A DNA stretch of 63,866 nucleotides, taken from positions 1 to 63,866 of the forward strand of contig JBAZUL010000010.1 of assembly GCA_041661405.1 (NCBI GenBank). Direction: 5' to 3'. The notes under the pieces were generated by a model. That model did no database searches, had not been told where the DNA came from, and saw only the letters and a program-made list of their open reading frames with translations. The translations under genes and the position numbers were made by a program. Each line of letters starts with the position of its first letter. Position 1 is the first letter of the stretch. This document shows, one piece after another, positions 1 through 9,396 of this stretch. This DNA is from Patescibacteria group bacterium (GTDB lineage: Bacteria > Patescibacteriota > Patescibacteriia > Patescibacteriales > JBAZCA01).

Positions 1-2112
1 ATCCTCCAGTTCGGCGGCTTTTATGACTACTTTTAAATGGCTGTTTGCCGGCAGGCAATAAATTGCCTCTCCGCAGGCGTTTACACCGCATTGGTTATTA
101 GAAACGAATTCCACGGTATTATATTGATTGGAAACGGCAAATTTGCCTTCAAGATAATCATTATCGCCCCGGCAAGCGCACGCTCCGCTTTCGGCGCAAC
201 CGGCGTCAGTCGCCGCCTTATCGTCAATTCTGCATTTAAAAGATAAACAATCGGCGTCAGACGAACATTGTCCGTCTTTAGCGACGGCCGCGGGATTTCC
301 GTCGGCATCGGTTTTAGCGTTGACTACTCTAATATAATTTTTCACGTTCTTGGCTTCTCCCGAAACCGTCATCGGATTTATGGCTTCGTTAAAATTTATC
401 TGAATTACGGCGTTCCGCGCTTTATCAAGCTTGTCTTTTTTAATGGCCGCAACTTCCCGATCCCGGCCGCCTTGCATTATTCCGATTTGAATATTCTCCG
501 GGTTGCTTGTTGCCAGTTCAATATTGTTGCCGCCGATCCCAGCGTTTTTCGCCGCTAATTCTACTACCGTGTCAGCCTCCGATTTTATCCCTGCCGCTAC
601 TTCCTGATGGCCGGCTAGCGCGGCGGCAATATTAGCGGCGGTTTGGGTTTTGGTACCCGCCTGTATCCTGTTTTCGCCGCCGGCTCCGCTTACGAAAACA
701 TATTCCAGGGAACCGACTTTTAAAGTATCAGCCTGTTTTTCCGCGATAACGCTTAATTTCCATTTATTCCCGGCGCTGAAATCTTCGCTTACGGGCGTAA
801 AGCTCAGACCGCAACCGATGGCGATGTTCCCGTCTTTGGCGCTGTCGCCCGATACCAGCCCTTTAACTGTCTGGCTTGATACGCTCACGGTTAAGTCGCT
901 GTCGCTATTTATGGTAACCGAAATATCGCCGTCGTTAAGGCAGCCATAAGTACCGCTTACCGAAACATCCGGCCAATTTCCTTCCAAAGGATCCTTAACC
1001 GGCGGCTTCACAACATCTGAATCCGCATAAACCTGAGGCTTTTTATTTACCTTTATACTGCCAGTCGCCCTGGCGCCGGCTGTTACCGAAGACCCGTCCC
1101 GCTCGTTGTCCGGCGTCGGGAAAACCCCGTTATCATTCACTTGCGGCGGAGTAAGATCAATTTTAGTGGAAACCTCAAAACTCCAGCAATAACCAGAGCT
1201 TTTATCTAAATCGCACTTATATCCTCTTCCGAAAGCGTCTTTGCCATCGGCTTTTTTCAGGTCTTCCGCCAGCTTAACCGTGTGATAAATTTCGGCTGAC
1301 GGCGACCCTAAAGGATCTGTTGGCTGAAAAATAAAAGTTTCGTTATCATTGGTAAAAACCTTAACGTCAGCAATATTCTGATCACAGTTTTCGTCCGCGC
1401 AAGCGTCGCCCCGGTCAGTTTCAAAAATTCTGATGTTTTCGCTTTTTATTTTTTCCCCTTTGCACCTTTTATAACAACCGGCGTTTGCCGTATCGCATTT
1501 TTCGCCCGCGTCATCCAGCAAGGCCGGCTCATCGCAAATCGTCGCCGGATCCATTTTCTCCCGGAAGGTGACAATTACGCTCGTATTCCGCACCACATCT
1601 TTTTGTCCCGGCGCCGGATAAACGCTTTTTAGAATCCCGTCGCCGAGCGCTTCAATACCGGGTCCGTTATCGTCGTCGTCATCGTCATCATCGCCGCCGA
1701 CGAACGATCCGGTAAGCGCGTTTAAAATAAAAGAAACAATGGCAAAAGCCGAAAAAATAATTACCAGGCCGATAACCGCGTTTTTTAAAATCTTCTTCGC
1801 CTGTTCCACCTTTTCCGCGTTGCCTTCCGAACTCATCATCGTCCAGCCGGCGTACATGACCAGGACAACCGCTACTAGAGCCAAAAATCCTAAAACCACC
1901 TGGATTACCCGCACAATAATCACCCTCGGATCCGAGGAACCGAGACCGATTCGCGCGGCTTCATTAAGTCCGAGATCGGTCTGGGCCAGAGCCGGGACAA
2001 CAGCGATTGCCATAAAAATGGACAGCAAAAAAAATCCGGACAGCAAAAAATTCAAGCCGACCAAAAATGACTTTCTTCTTAAAAACTTCCTTTGTTTTTT
2101 TCCGACAAGCAT
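1..2112 (-). CDS. Large surface protein: N-terminal TrbC/VirB2-like pilin TM hairpin followed by Ig-like (Big_5-type) Cys-containing domains; runs off the left edge (partial)
   Basis: Hand-translated, absent from the ORF track. ATG at 2112 gives MLVGKKQRKFLRRKSFLVGLNFLL...ALAQTDLGL...RVIQVVLGFLALVAVVLVMYAGWTMMSSEGNAEKVEQAKKILKNAVIGLVIIFSAFAIVSFIL...SVYPAPGQKDVVRNTSVIVTFREKMDPATI...WSFEVSTKIDLTPPQV. The frame was open in every stretch checked (2112 to about 1080). Confidence 0.8.
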   Translation of the reverse strand, partial: MLVGKKQRKFLRRKSFLVGLNFLLSGFFLLSIFMAIAVVPALAQTDLGLNEAARIGLGSSDPRVIIVRVIQVVLGFLALVAVVLVMYAGWTMMSSEGNAEKVEQAKKILKNAVIGLVIIFSAFAIVSFILNALTGSFVGGDDDDDDDDNGPGIEALGDGILKSVYPAPGQKDVVRNTSVIVTFREKMDPATICDEPALLDDAGEKCDTANAGCYKRCKGEKIKSENIRIFETDRGDACADENCDQNIADVKVFTNDNETFIFQPTDPLGSPSAEIYHTVKLAEDLKKADGKDAFGRGYKCDLDKSSGYCWSFEVSTKIDLTPPQVNDNGVFPTPDNERDGSSVTAGARATGSIKVNKKPQVYADSDVVKPPVKDPLEGNWPDVSVSGTYGCLNDGDISVTINSDSDLTVSVSSQTVKGLVSGDSAKDGNIAIGCGLSFTPVSEDFSAGNKWKLSVIAEKQADTLKVGSLEYVFVSGAGGENRIQAGTKTQTAANIAAALAGHQEVAAGIKSEADTVVELAAKNAGIGGNNIELATSNPENIQIGIMQGGRDREVAAIKKDKLDKARNAVIQINFNEAINPMTVSGEAKNVKNYIRVVNAKTDADGNPAAVAKDGQCSSDADCLSFKCRIDDKAATDAGCAESGACACRGDNDYLEGKFAVSNQYNTVEFVSNNQCGVNACGEAIYCLPANSHLKVVIKAAELED

Positions 2113-2184
2113 GAAAAATGAATCTTCAATTTTCAATTACGAATTCTCGCGGCTAAAGTTAATTCGTAATTGAAAATTGGAAAA

Positions 2185-3060
2185 TTATGTTTCCGCTCTT
2201 CCGACGGGGTAACGTCCGGCTGAACCGAAAATTTTTACTTTTTCCGCGACCACTTTTTCCACGGCGGCGATCGTCGGCGCCAGGAGTACCCTTGGGTCGG
2301 TTTCATTTTTATTTTTAGCGCAGGTTTCAATCAAAGTTTTTGAAAAAGCGATTTTTAAATCACTGCCGATATTGACTATATTTACCCCCAGCCGCACCGC
2401 CTCGCGCATATCTTCTTCTTTTACGCCCGAACCGCCATGGAGAACGAAAGGAATCTTTATCCTCTCTTTTATGGCTCTTAAAGCCTCAATGTCAACTCTT
2501 TCGTTTTCATAAACCCCGTGGGCCGTTCCGATCGGAGCGGCAACGGTATCTATTTTCGTCGCTTTAACGAATTCCGCGACCTTATCCGGATCGGCGATTG
2601 TAACGCCACTGATAGTTTTACCTTTATTGCCGTGGCCGCCGATCATTTCTCCGAGCTCACCCTGAACCCAGACGCCTTTAGGCCGCGCGATTTCAACTAC
2701 ATGCCGGGTAAGGCTTACGTTTTCGTCGTAAGGGAGACTAGAAGCGTCAATGTGAACTGAAGTAAAACCGGAACTGATACATTCAAAAACCGCGTCAAAA
2801 CTTTTTCCGTGGTCAAGATGCAGGGCGACCGGAACATTGACGGCGATATTTTTCGCGACGGTGGAAACAAGGTGGGTAATCGGTTTCACTCCCATGTATT
2901 CAATGACATTCTGGGAAACCTGGATAATGACCGGCGAACCGGAATTTTGCGCCGCGCGCGCCACTCCGAGCGCCATCTCTATGTTTAAAATGTTAAACGC
3001 GCCAAGAGCATAACCGCCTTTTTCCGCCTCTTTAACCAATTCTTTGATGTGAACCAGCAT
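2185..3060 (-). CDS. fba: Class II fructose-bisphosphate aldolase
   Basis: Motifs GAFNI, LHLDHG, SVHIDAS, QGELG, IGTAHG, LHGGSG. Confidence 0.95.
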   Translation of the reverse strand: MLVHIKELVKEAEKGGYALGAFNILNIEMALGVARAAQNSGSPVIIQVSQNVIEYMGVKPITHLVSTVAKNIAVNVPVALHLDHGKSFDAVFECISSGFTSVHIDASSLPYDENVSLTRHVVEIARPKGVWVQGELGEMIGGHGNKGKTISGVTIADPDKVAEFVKATKIDTVAAPIGTAHGVYENERVDIEALRAIKERIKIPFVLHGGSGVKEEDMREAVRLGVNIVNIGSDLKIAFSKTLIETCAKNKNETDPRVLLAPTIAAVEKVVAEKVKIFGSAGRYPVGRAET

Positions 3061-3119
3061 ATTTAATTCTCAATTACGAATTATCAATTATCAATTTAAT
3101 AACAAGTAATTCGTAATTT

Positions 3120-3884
3120 TTAATTGATAATTAATTCCGCCACCTTATAAAATTCATCCGCGTCAAGACTCGCGCCGCCGACAAGGAAACCGTCAAGATG
3201 CGCGAGGCCTTTGAACTCGGTGACATTTTTCGGCGAAACGCTTCCGCCGTAAATAATCCGGAAAACTCTAGCGGAAATTTTCGCGCCGAAAAGCTCGTTT
3301 AAAGTAAGGCGGATTATCTTATGGGCGTAATCGCACTCCGACGGCTCAATCGCGGTTCCCGAACCGATCGCCCAAATCGGCTCGTAAGCCACGACGATTT
3401 TCTGATCCTCCGTAAGGTTAAGCCCGCCAAAAGCCTGATTAACCTGGTCAATCAGAATAAAATCGCGCTTGTCGGTTTTGCGCTCGTCCTTTTCTTCGCC
3501 GACACAGACGATTGGCATTAGATTTTCTACTTCCAGCACGGCTTTAAGCTTCTTATGGATCATCTCATAATTTTCCAGCATATATCGCCTGCGCTCCGAA
3601 TGGCCGATAATAACCATATCGCAACCGGCCTCGCTAAGGTTCAGCGCCGAAATTTCGCCGGTATAAGCGCCTTTCTCTTCCCAAAAAACATCCTGCGCTC
3701 CGAGTCTCAGGGGACTGCCGGCCAATATTTTTTTCACTTCGCTTAAAGCGATGAAATTCGGGCAAATTCCCGCCTCGCCGTCTTCAAATCCTTTAAATTT
3801 TTCTTTCATTTTTTTCGCCAAATCAAGGGACTCTTTGAGCCCGAGCTTCATTTTCCAGTTGGCAATGACTATTCGGTTGGACAT
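3120..3884 (-). CDS. tpiA: Triosephosphate isomerase
   Basis: Motifs ANWKM, GHSERR, AYEPIWAIG, YGGSV, LVGGAS. Confidence 0.97.
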   Translation of the reverse strand: MSNRIVIANWKMKLGLKESLDLAKKMKEKFKGFEDGEAGICPNFIALSEVKKILAGSPLRLGAQDVFWEEKGAYTGEISALNLSEAGCDMVIIGHSERRRYMLENYEMIHKKLKAVLEVENLMPIVCVGEEKDERKTDKRDFILIDQVNQAFGGLNLTEDQKIVVAYEPIWAIGSGTAIEPSECDYAHKIIRLTLNELFGAKISARVFRIIYGGSVSPKNVTEFKGLAHLDGFLVGGASLDADEFYKVAELIIN

Positions 3885-3942
3885 AGAAATATAAAATGTA
3901 AAATATTTTTTTATTTTTTAATTTTCATTTAACCACATTATA

Positions 3943-4956
3943 TCACCTTCCCTCCTCATCGGCAACACCGTCTTCCCATTTAAAACTATCAAATATCCAC
4001 TTAACAAGACCGCCTGTTTCGGAGAACCTTGCTTCAACCGTGGGCGCTCCCAAAACAACGGTGATAAGCTCATGCCCGTCTTTCTTAAACTGGCCGACAA
4101 AGCAGTAACCGGCTTCTTCGGTAAACCCGGTTTTTCCTCCGGCAATCTCAAGACCATCTTCCATTTTTTCCCTTAAAAGCTGGTCGGTGGATAATATTAT
4201 TTTCTCTTTTCCCTGCGATGTCTTAAACCGGTACTCTCCGGTTAGGGTCGCCTGACGGATATCTTCGTTGCGTAAGGCGATCGCCGCGAACTTGGCGATT
4301 TCCTCGGCCGTGGATTCGTTTCCCGCGAGGCCGGTCGCGTCAATAAATTTTGTATTTGACATCCCGAGAATTGCCGCCCGCTCATTCATTTTTTCAACGA
4401 ATTCTTCCTCATTCATGCCGGTAGAATGCACGAGCGCCGCGGTAGCGGTATTGTCGGAAGCGACGAGGCTCACGTAAAAAATATCTTTTACTTTCATCTT
4501 TTCGCCGTAATAAAGATAAATTTTTCCCCCTTCCCTCCGGTCTTCTCTTTTCATCTCGTAAACCGTTTCCCAGCCGGGATTAAAATCAAGAAAAACCAAA
4601 GCGGTCATCAGCTTGGTAATGCTCGCTATCGGCCATTTTTCCCGGGCTGATTGCTCAAAAATCACATCATTGGTCTCGCAGTCAACGGCCACGGCGCTTC
4701 TGGCCGCGACTTTTATTCCTGATACTTTCGGCCTTGGCTTGGGAGGCGCGGGCTTGTTTTTATTTTCCGGCAGTTTGTTAAAGCCCAAAAGCCCGAGAGT
4801 GTTGTCTTTAATACCGCCCACTATTCCGGCGATCCGGTTCCTTTCATCCGCCGTCAAACCGAAAAACTCCGGCTTAATTAAGCCGGAAGCTAAAACAGAA
4901 TTAAGCAAAATTGTATAGCAGATGAACGCGGACGTTAAGACGGGCGCGAGAAACAT
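3943..4956 (-). CDS. D-alanyl-D-alanine carboxypeptidase/endopeptidase (peptidase S11)
   Basis: N-terminal signal/TM; SxxK (ASITK), SDN and KTG motifs. Confidence 0.9.
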   Translation of the reverse strand: MFLAPVLTSAFICYTILLNSVLASGLIKPEFFGLTADERNRIAGIVGGIKDNTLGLLGFNKLPENKNKPAPPKPRPKVSGIKVAARSAVAVDCETNDVIFEQSAREKWPIASITKLMTALVFLDFNPGWETVYEMKREDRREGGKIYLYYGEKMKVKDIFYVSLVASDNTATAALVHSTGMNEEEFVEKMNERAAILGMSNTKFIDATGLAGNESTAEEIAKFAAIALRNEDIRQATLTGEYRFKTSQGKEKIILSTDQLLREKMEDGLEIAGGKTGFTEEAGYCFVGQFKKDGHELITVVLGAPTVEARFSETGGLVKWIFDSFKWEDGVADEEGR

Positions 4957-4964
4957 AGTTTAGA

Positions 4965-5501
4965 TCAATTATCGCTAAGCATCCTCTCTAGTGTCTCCTC
5001 CTTATTTAGCCTCTCGTAATCAGGCAATTCGCTTATCTCGTTTAGTCCTAGATGGCGGACGAAATCAAGCGTAACGGTATAGTAAGTTTCCCTTTTTACT
5101 TTGTCTTCACGCGCCTCAATCAGCCCCCGGATAAGGAGGTTCCTTAAAATCATACCGCAATTGATTCCGCGTATCCGGTCAAGGTCAATTTTCGCGACAG
5201 GCCCCCGGTAGGAGATGATGGTAAGCGCTTCCAGGCTCGGTCGAGAAAGCTCGCCGGCAACCTCTTCTTTAACGAAGTCTTTTACCAGTCCGGCGTTATC
5301 CGGAGAACTGACCATCTGGTATTGACTGCCCTGCTTTACGATCTCCACGCCCCGGCCGCTTTCCTTATATTCCCGCGACAGTTCGTCGCAGGCTTTTTCC
5401 GCTTCTTTCGGAGTTATCTTAATAATGTCAGCCAGTTGTTTTACGGTTATGGCTTTGGCCGAGATAAATAATAATGATTCAATTTGTGATTTTAAATTCA
5501 T
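4965..5501 (-). CDS. scpB: Segregation and condensation protein B
   Basis: IESLLF...LSRPSLEALTIISYRGPV...RGIN...LLIRGLI...YTVTLDFVRHLGL; adjacent to scpA. Confidence 0.93.
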   Translation of the reverse strand: MNLKSQIESLLFISAKAITVKQLADIIKITPKEAEKACDELSREYKESGRGVEIVKQGSQYQMVSSPDNAGLVKDFVKEEVAGELSRPSLEALTIISYRGPVAKIDLDRIRGINCGMILRNLLIRGLIEAREDKVKRETYYTVTLDFVRHLGLNEISELPDYERLNKEETLERMLSDN

Positions 5502-5536
5502 AATTTAAAAAAACGGCTGACGGAAAAAATCTGATG

Positions 5537-6274
5537 CTATTCACTGCTCACCCGGATTGACTCTTCGTCATATTTAGCAATTTCTATTTCGCCGAACAGC
5601 TCGCTTTGTTCAATAACGATATCCCGCTGTTTTGCCAGCTCCAGCATGGCAAGGAATGAAACAATAATCTCGGTTTTTGATTCGGCTTTTGAAAAAAGCT
5701 TTTTGAAACTGAATTTGATTTTATCAAGAAGCATTTCCCGGATAAGCGCGATCCGGTCTTCAATGCGGACAACCGTTTCCAGACTCCTTTCCTCAAGTTC
5801 TTCCGGAGCCGGTTTTATCCGCTCAATTATTTCTTTCATGGTATCCGCGAGAGAACCGAAAGAAATATTCTTCGGCGGAGAAAATTTATAAACGGCTTCA
5901 ACTATCGCTTTGCGGTTCCACTCCCGTCCAAACATAAATTTTTTCCCTTTGAGTATCTTTTCAATTTTTTCCGCCGCCAAAAGATATTCTTTATACATCC
6001 GGAGCTGTTTTTCCAGATCATCAGCGCCCTCCTCTTCAGGAAGTTCTATGTACGGGAATAAGGCTTTTGATTTGATATACAAAAGCCGGGCCGCCATCAC
6101 TAAAAAATCAGCTATCTCGCCCGGCCCGATTGCCGGAGAATTTTCCACTAATTCAATATACTCATCAGCGATTTTCGCCAGGTTGATTTCGGTGATATCC
6201 AGCTCTTCTTTTTCTATGAGCTTCAAAAGAAGATTCAAAGGCCCTTCAAATTTATCTATTTTTATTGAATACAC
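5537..6274 (-). CDS. scpA: Segregation and condensation protein A
   Basis: FEGPLNLLLKLIEKEELDI...FLVMAARLLYIKSKAL...IVSFLAMLEL. Confidence 0.93.
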   Translation of the reverse strand: MYSIKIDKFEGPLNLLLKLIEKEELDITEINLAKIADEYIELVENSPAIGPGEIADFLVMAARLLYIKSKALFPYIELPEEEGADDLEKQLRMYKEYLLAAEKIEKILKGKKFMFGREWNRKAIVEAVYKFSPPKNISFGSLADTMKEIIERIKPAPEELEERSLETVVRIEDRIALIREMLLDKIKFSFKKLFSKAESKTEIIVSFLAMLELAKQRDIVIEQSELFGEIEIAKYDEESIRVSSE

Positions 6275-6280
6275 TTAATT

Positions 6281-6856
6281 TTAATTTTTGTAATTTTTAA
6301 TTTTCCTTTTAATTCCGAACTTCCCCAATACCGCATTTTCCAATTTAAGAAAATCTTTCAGTTTCATTTCCACCGAATGGTTAAAGCCGCCGGAAGAAAA
6401 AATCACCTTTCTGGCCTTTTCAAGATTTTTTTCCGCTATCACCGGCAGCTGGTGGAGTCCGCCGAAAGCGGTCATGGCCATGTTTTTCGCCTTCAATACC
6501 TCGGTCATAACTTTTTCCGCCGGAATTTTAACGGCTTTGACGTCCTTGCCCCCGGCCTTGGAAATAATTTTTTTAAGTTTTTCCATGTCCAGGTTCTGGT
6601 CGGCTGGAAGGATAACCGCGTAATAATCCTTGTCGGCTTTAACCAAGAGCGATTTGGCCATTTCCGAAAGTTTTCTTTTCATGGTCGCGGCCGCGTCATA
6701 GGCCGTGTAAACGGTTTTATGGGAGAGAAGATTATGGCTCACCCCGGCCTTTTCAAGATAGGCAATAACTTTGGCAACTTTCGGCGGCAATTTCACTTCT
6801 TTTTTTGGCAGGCTTTTTTTGCCTCCGGTTTTAGTCGTGGTTTTTTTCTTTGCCAT
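6281..6856 (-). CDS. YbaK/EbsC-family aminoacyl-tRNA deacylase-like protein
   Basis: H(K)TVYTAYDAA...MAKSLLVK...VIFSSGGFNHSVEM pattern. Confidence 0.75.
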   Translation of the reverse strand: MAKKKTTTKTGGKKSLPKKEVKLPPKVAKVIAYLEKAGVSHNLLSHKTVYTAYDAAATMKRKLSEMAKSLLVKADKDYYAVILPADQNLDMEKLKKIISKAGGKDVKAVKIPAEKVMTEVLKAKNMAMTAFGGLHQLPVIAEKNLEKARKVIFSSGGFNHSVEMKLKDFLKLENAVLGKFGIKRKIKNYKN

Positions 6857-6858
6857 AT

Positions 6859-7896
6859 TTATTTCACTTCAATCGGCTTAATCGGCGACCCTTGGGCGTC
6901 CAACAGCTCGGCTTTTTTAGTAAAACATTGGAAGCCGGCGTCATGCGCCCAGCGCTCCTCAAGAAAAGGATCAATGATTTCCGCGTCATCTTTATTGGAA
7001 TCCTTGTTGCTTAAATTAAAAGTCGCGCAAATTTCATAGCTATCCGCGGTTATTTTCTTATAATCAAAAACTTTGCCGGTCGCCGGATCTTTAGTAGCTT
7101 CTTCGGTGATAAAAATCTGCCGGGACGAGTCTTTTAACAAATCCTCCAGTTTTTCCGGAACCGCTTTTTCCTTATTGTAATACACGTTCACCGCGTCATC
7201 AATCTGGCTTAGATTCGTTAAAATCTGCCGGTCGTGGTTTCTTGCCCGAACTTTGGCCGGCGACTCAATGAAGAAAAAGCTGGCGATGAGGGAAACGATA
7301 ACCAGCGCCAGCGCGCCGTAAAAATAAGCCTGAAGAATAATATCCTTGCCAACGGCTTCTTTGCGGCGGATGTCGTAGAAATAAAAACTGAAAATTATTC
7401 CGGAAATAATTATTGAGGTCGCGGCCTTTAGGATAAACTTTACGGTCAATTCGCCGTTTAAAAAATTATTCAGAGTGGCGATCAGCCAGCCGATCATGAC
7501 GACAGTTGAAACAAAGAGGATAAAATAAGTAAGCCACTTCCGCACTTCGGAATCTTTTCCTAAGAGGCCGGACGCCATGCTCTTAAAAATCTGCCGCATG
7601 GTGACAAAATAAATCGGCGCGGCAATTACGAGCGCCGATATGGCGAAGCGCAGAGCGCCGGAAGAAAACCGGCCCTGGAATAAATTCAGCGGATCGGCGA
7701 ATGATTTGTTAATGATCTGGAACGCGATCATGCCGATTGAGATGGAGCTGAAAATCAAGGCCACGAGCGAAAGCATGTAGAAAAACGCGTACTTGGCCGA
7801 ATTTTGGTTTGAGTCCATAGATTTTGAAGCTGAAAATAAGATGAAAAAAAAGGCGAAAACAACAATAATTAGGATGGGGAAAATCGCAATCATCAT
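6859..7896 (-). CDS. DUF5671-type multi-TM membrane protein with a pseudopilin-like C-terminal domain
   Basis: About 6 TM helices, RKWLTYFILFVS motif; C-terminal RDxQxLxNL..I..AV..YY..P..L..L...DPATG..F.Y. Confidence 0.6.
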   Translation of the reverse strand: MMIAIFPILIIVVFAFFFILFSASKSMDSNQNSAKYAFFYMLSLVALIFSSISIGMIAFQIINKSFADPLNLFQGRFSSGALRFAISALVIAAPIYFVTMRQIFKSMASGLLGKDSEVRKWLTYFILFVSTVVMIGWLIATLNNFLNGELTVKFILKAATSIIISGIIFSFYFYDIRRKEAVGKDIILQAYFYGALALVIVSLIASFFFIESPAKVRARNHDRQILTNLSQIDDAVNVYYNKEKAVPEKLEDLLKDSSRQIFITEEATKDPATGKVFDYKKITADSYEICATFNLSNKDSNKDDAEIIDPFLEERWAHDAGFQCFTKKAELLDAQGSPIKPIEVK

Positions 7897-7924
7897 AATT
7901 TCAGCTTAAATTAAGTTATACGGA

Positions 7925-7957
7925 TATTATAGCACTATTTTGCCTAAAGCAAAATAG
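7925..7957 (-). promoter_or_regulatory. Extended -10 promoter (TGCTATAAT) of the DUF5671 gene with an overlapping 9-5-9 inverted repeat
   Basis: CTATTTTGC (7935-7943), CTAAA, GCAAAATAG (7949-7957); TATAAT on the minus strand at 7925-7930. Confidence 0.5.
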
Positions 7958-8097
7958 CGCGCAATCCTTTTATCGCCCCTGATTAAGACGAAGGGGCTGT
8001 AAAAAACTTGCCGTTTAAACGTCTCTAATTTTACTAAATACACAAATATTATAATTAACATTACTTATATATTACATAGAGAGGAGGTGACATACTT

Positions 8098-8808
8098 ATG
8101 AAAACAATAAAAAAAGGCAGAAAATCAATACTAAGCCTGGCGGTCGCGGCTCTTTTCTTATTAGTAACAATCTATCCGGCCAGCGCCGATTCAGGCGATA
8201 AGGATATGAATTCCAGGGCGGGAAATATGATGCTTAAACACATGTCCGCCATGCCGGATGAAGAATCCATGGATATGGAAGAAATGCATAAAATGATGGG
8301 CGATATGGTTATCCTTAAAGCCAAACTAACAGGCGGAAAAGAGGTTCCAGGAAATGATTCTCCCGCGCGGGGAGCCGGAGTTTTCGCGCTTGACCGGGTT
8401 AATAATACCCTTCTTTTCTGGATTAATTATAATGGATTAGAAGGGGCGAGAACCGGCGCCCATATCCACGGACCGGCCATGGCGGGACAAAACGCGCCGG
8501 TGATGATTAGCCTGCCGGCCGGAAAACCGATTACCGGCTCAGCCTACGTAACTGACGCCCAGGAAACGGCTTTAATGTCCGGCCTGACCTACGTTAATAT
8601 CCATACTGATGAATACCCGAACGGCGAAATCCGCGGCCAGCTTAAAGTCAAGGATATGGCAAAACACATGGAAATGATGAAGAAGATGATGGAGATGATG
8701 GGCAACGGAAACGGCATGCCTGGAATTATAACAAAAGATATGATGGAAAAGGCGTTGGACGCGAGGAAAAACATGATAAGCATGATGATGGATCAGATGA
8801 TGAAATGA
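8098..8808 (+). CDS. Secreted CHRD-domain protein with Met-rich flanks
   Basis: RBS AGGAGGT; signal peptide; CHRD motifs LTGGKEVP, AHIHGP, TYVNIHTDEYPNGEIRGQL; about 32 Met in 236 aa. Confidence 0.85.
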   Translation: MKTIKKGRKSILSLAVAALFLLVTIYPASADSGDKDMNSRAGNMMLKHMSAMPDEESMDMEEMHKMMGDMVILKAKLTGGKEVPGNDSPARGAGVFALDRVNNTLLFWINYNGLEGARTGAHIHGPAMAGQNAPVMISLPAGKPITGSAYVTDAQETALMSGLTYVNIHTDEYPNGEIRGQLKVKDMAKHMEMMKKMMEMMGNGNGMPGIITKDMMEKALDARKNMISMMMDQMMK

Positions 8809-8837
8809 CGAAAATCAGGAAACAACCGTTTCAAATA

Positions 8838-8868
8838 AAAACCGCCCCGTTTAAATCGGGGTGGTTTT
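8838..8868. terminator. Bidirectional intrinsic terminator between convergent CHRD and yqeY genes
   Basis: AAAACCGCCCCG-tttaaat-CGGGGTGGTTTT. Confidence 0.75.
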
Positions 8869-8928
8869 GATTTTTATCGCGCCACTCAGCCAGTCCTCGC
8901 GAACCGCGGATTTTTTCCAGCCCCGGGA

Positions 8929-9384
8929 CTATTTATTTTCCATCGCCTTCTTCACCGCGGCGCTTACCCGGTTGCCGTCGGCTTTGCCTTTTACTCTACC
9001 CATAACTTTTCCCATTATCGCGCCGAAATTAGCGCCCGACCCGGCTTCAACAACAGTATTTTTCACAATTTGCTCTAATTCTTCATCGGACATTTGTTCC
9101 GGTAAATACACCTCAAGAATTTTAATTTCTTCTTTTTCTTTTTCCGCGAGGTCAGCTCTCCCGCCGTCTTCATAAGCGATAACCGAATCTTTCCGCTTTT
9201 TAACCTCAGCCGCGATTACTTCTAAAACCTGTTCATCGCTTAAAACAACATCTTCGCCCTTTCGGAGAGCGATTTCTTTTGTCTGGATAGCGGTCGCAAG
9301 CATCCTAAGCACGGACAATTTTTCCGCTTCTTTAGCTTTCATGGCCGCCACTAAATCAGCTTTTAGTTTTTCTTTCAGGGTCAT
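8929..9384 (-). CDS. GatB/YqeY domain protein
   Basis: LKADLVAAMKAK...KKRKDS...GGRADLAEKEKEE...YLPEQMS...GKADG. Confidence 0.93.
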   Translation of the reverse strand: MTLKEKLKADLVAAMKAKEAEKLSVLRMLATAIQTKEIALRKGEDVVLSDEQVLEVIAAEVKKRKDSVIAYEDGGRADLAEKEKEEIKILEVYLPEQMSDEELEQIVKNTVVEAGSGANFGAIMGKVMGRVKGKADGNRVSAAVKKAMENK

Positions 9385-9396
9385 ATGGATTGAGCT

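Noticed and set aside
37-2173. Plus-strand ORFs 37-246, 268-558, 650-949 and 1739-2173
   Set aside because: They are antisense shadows of the long minus-strand pilin-Ig gene, which the track missed because it has no stop codon in the window.
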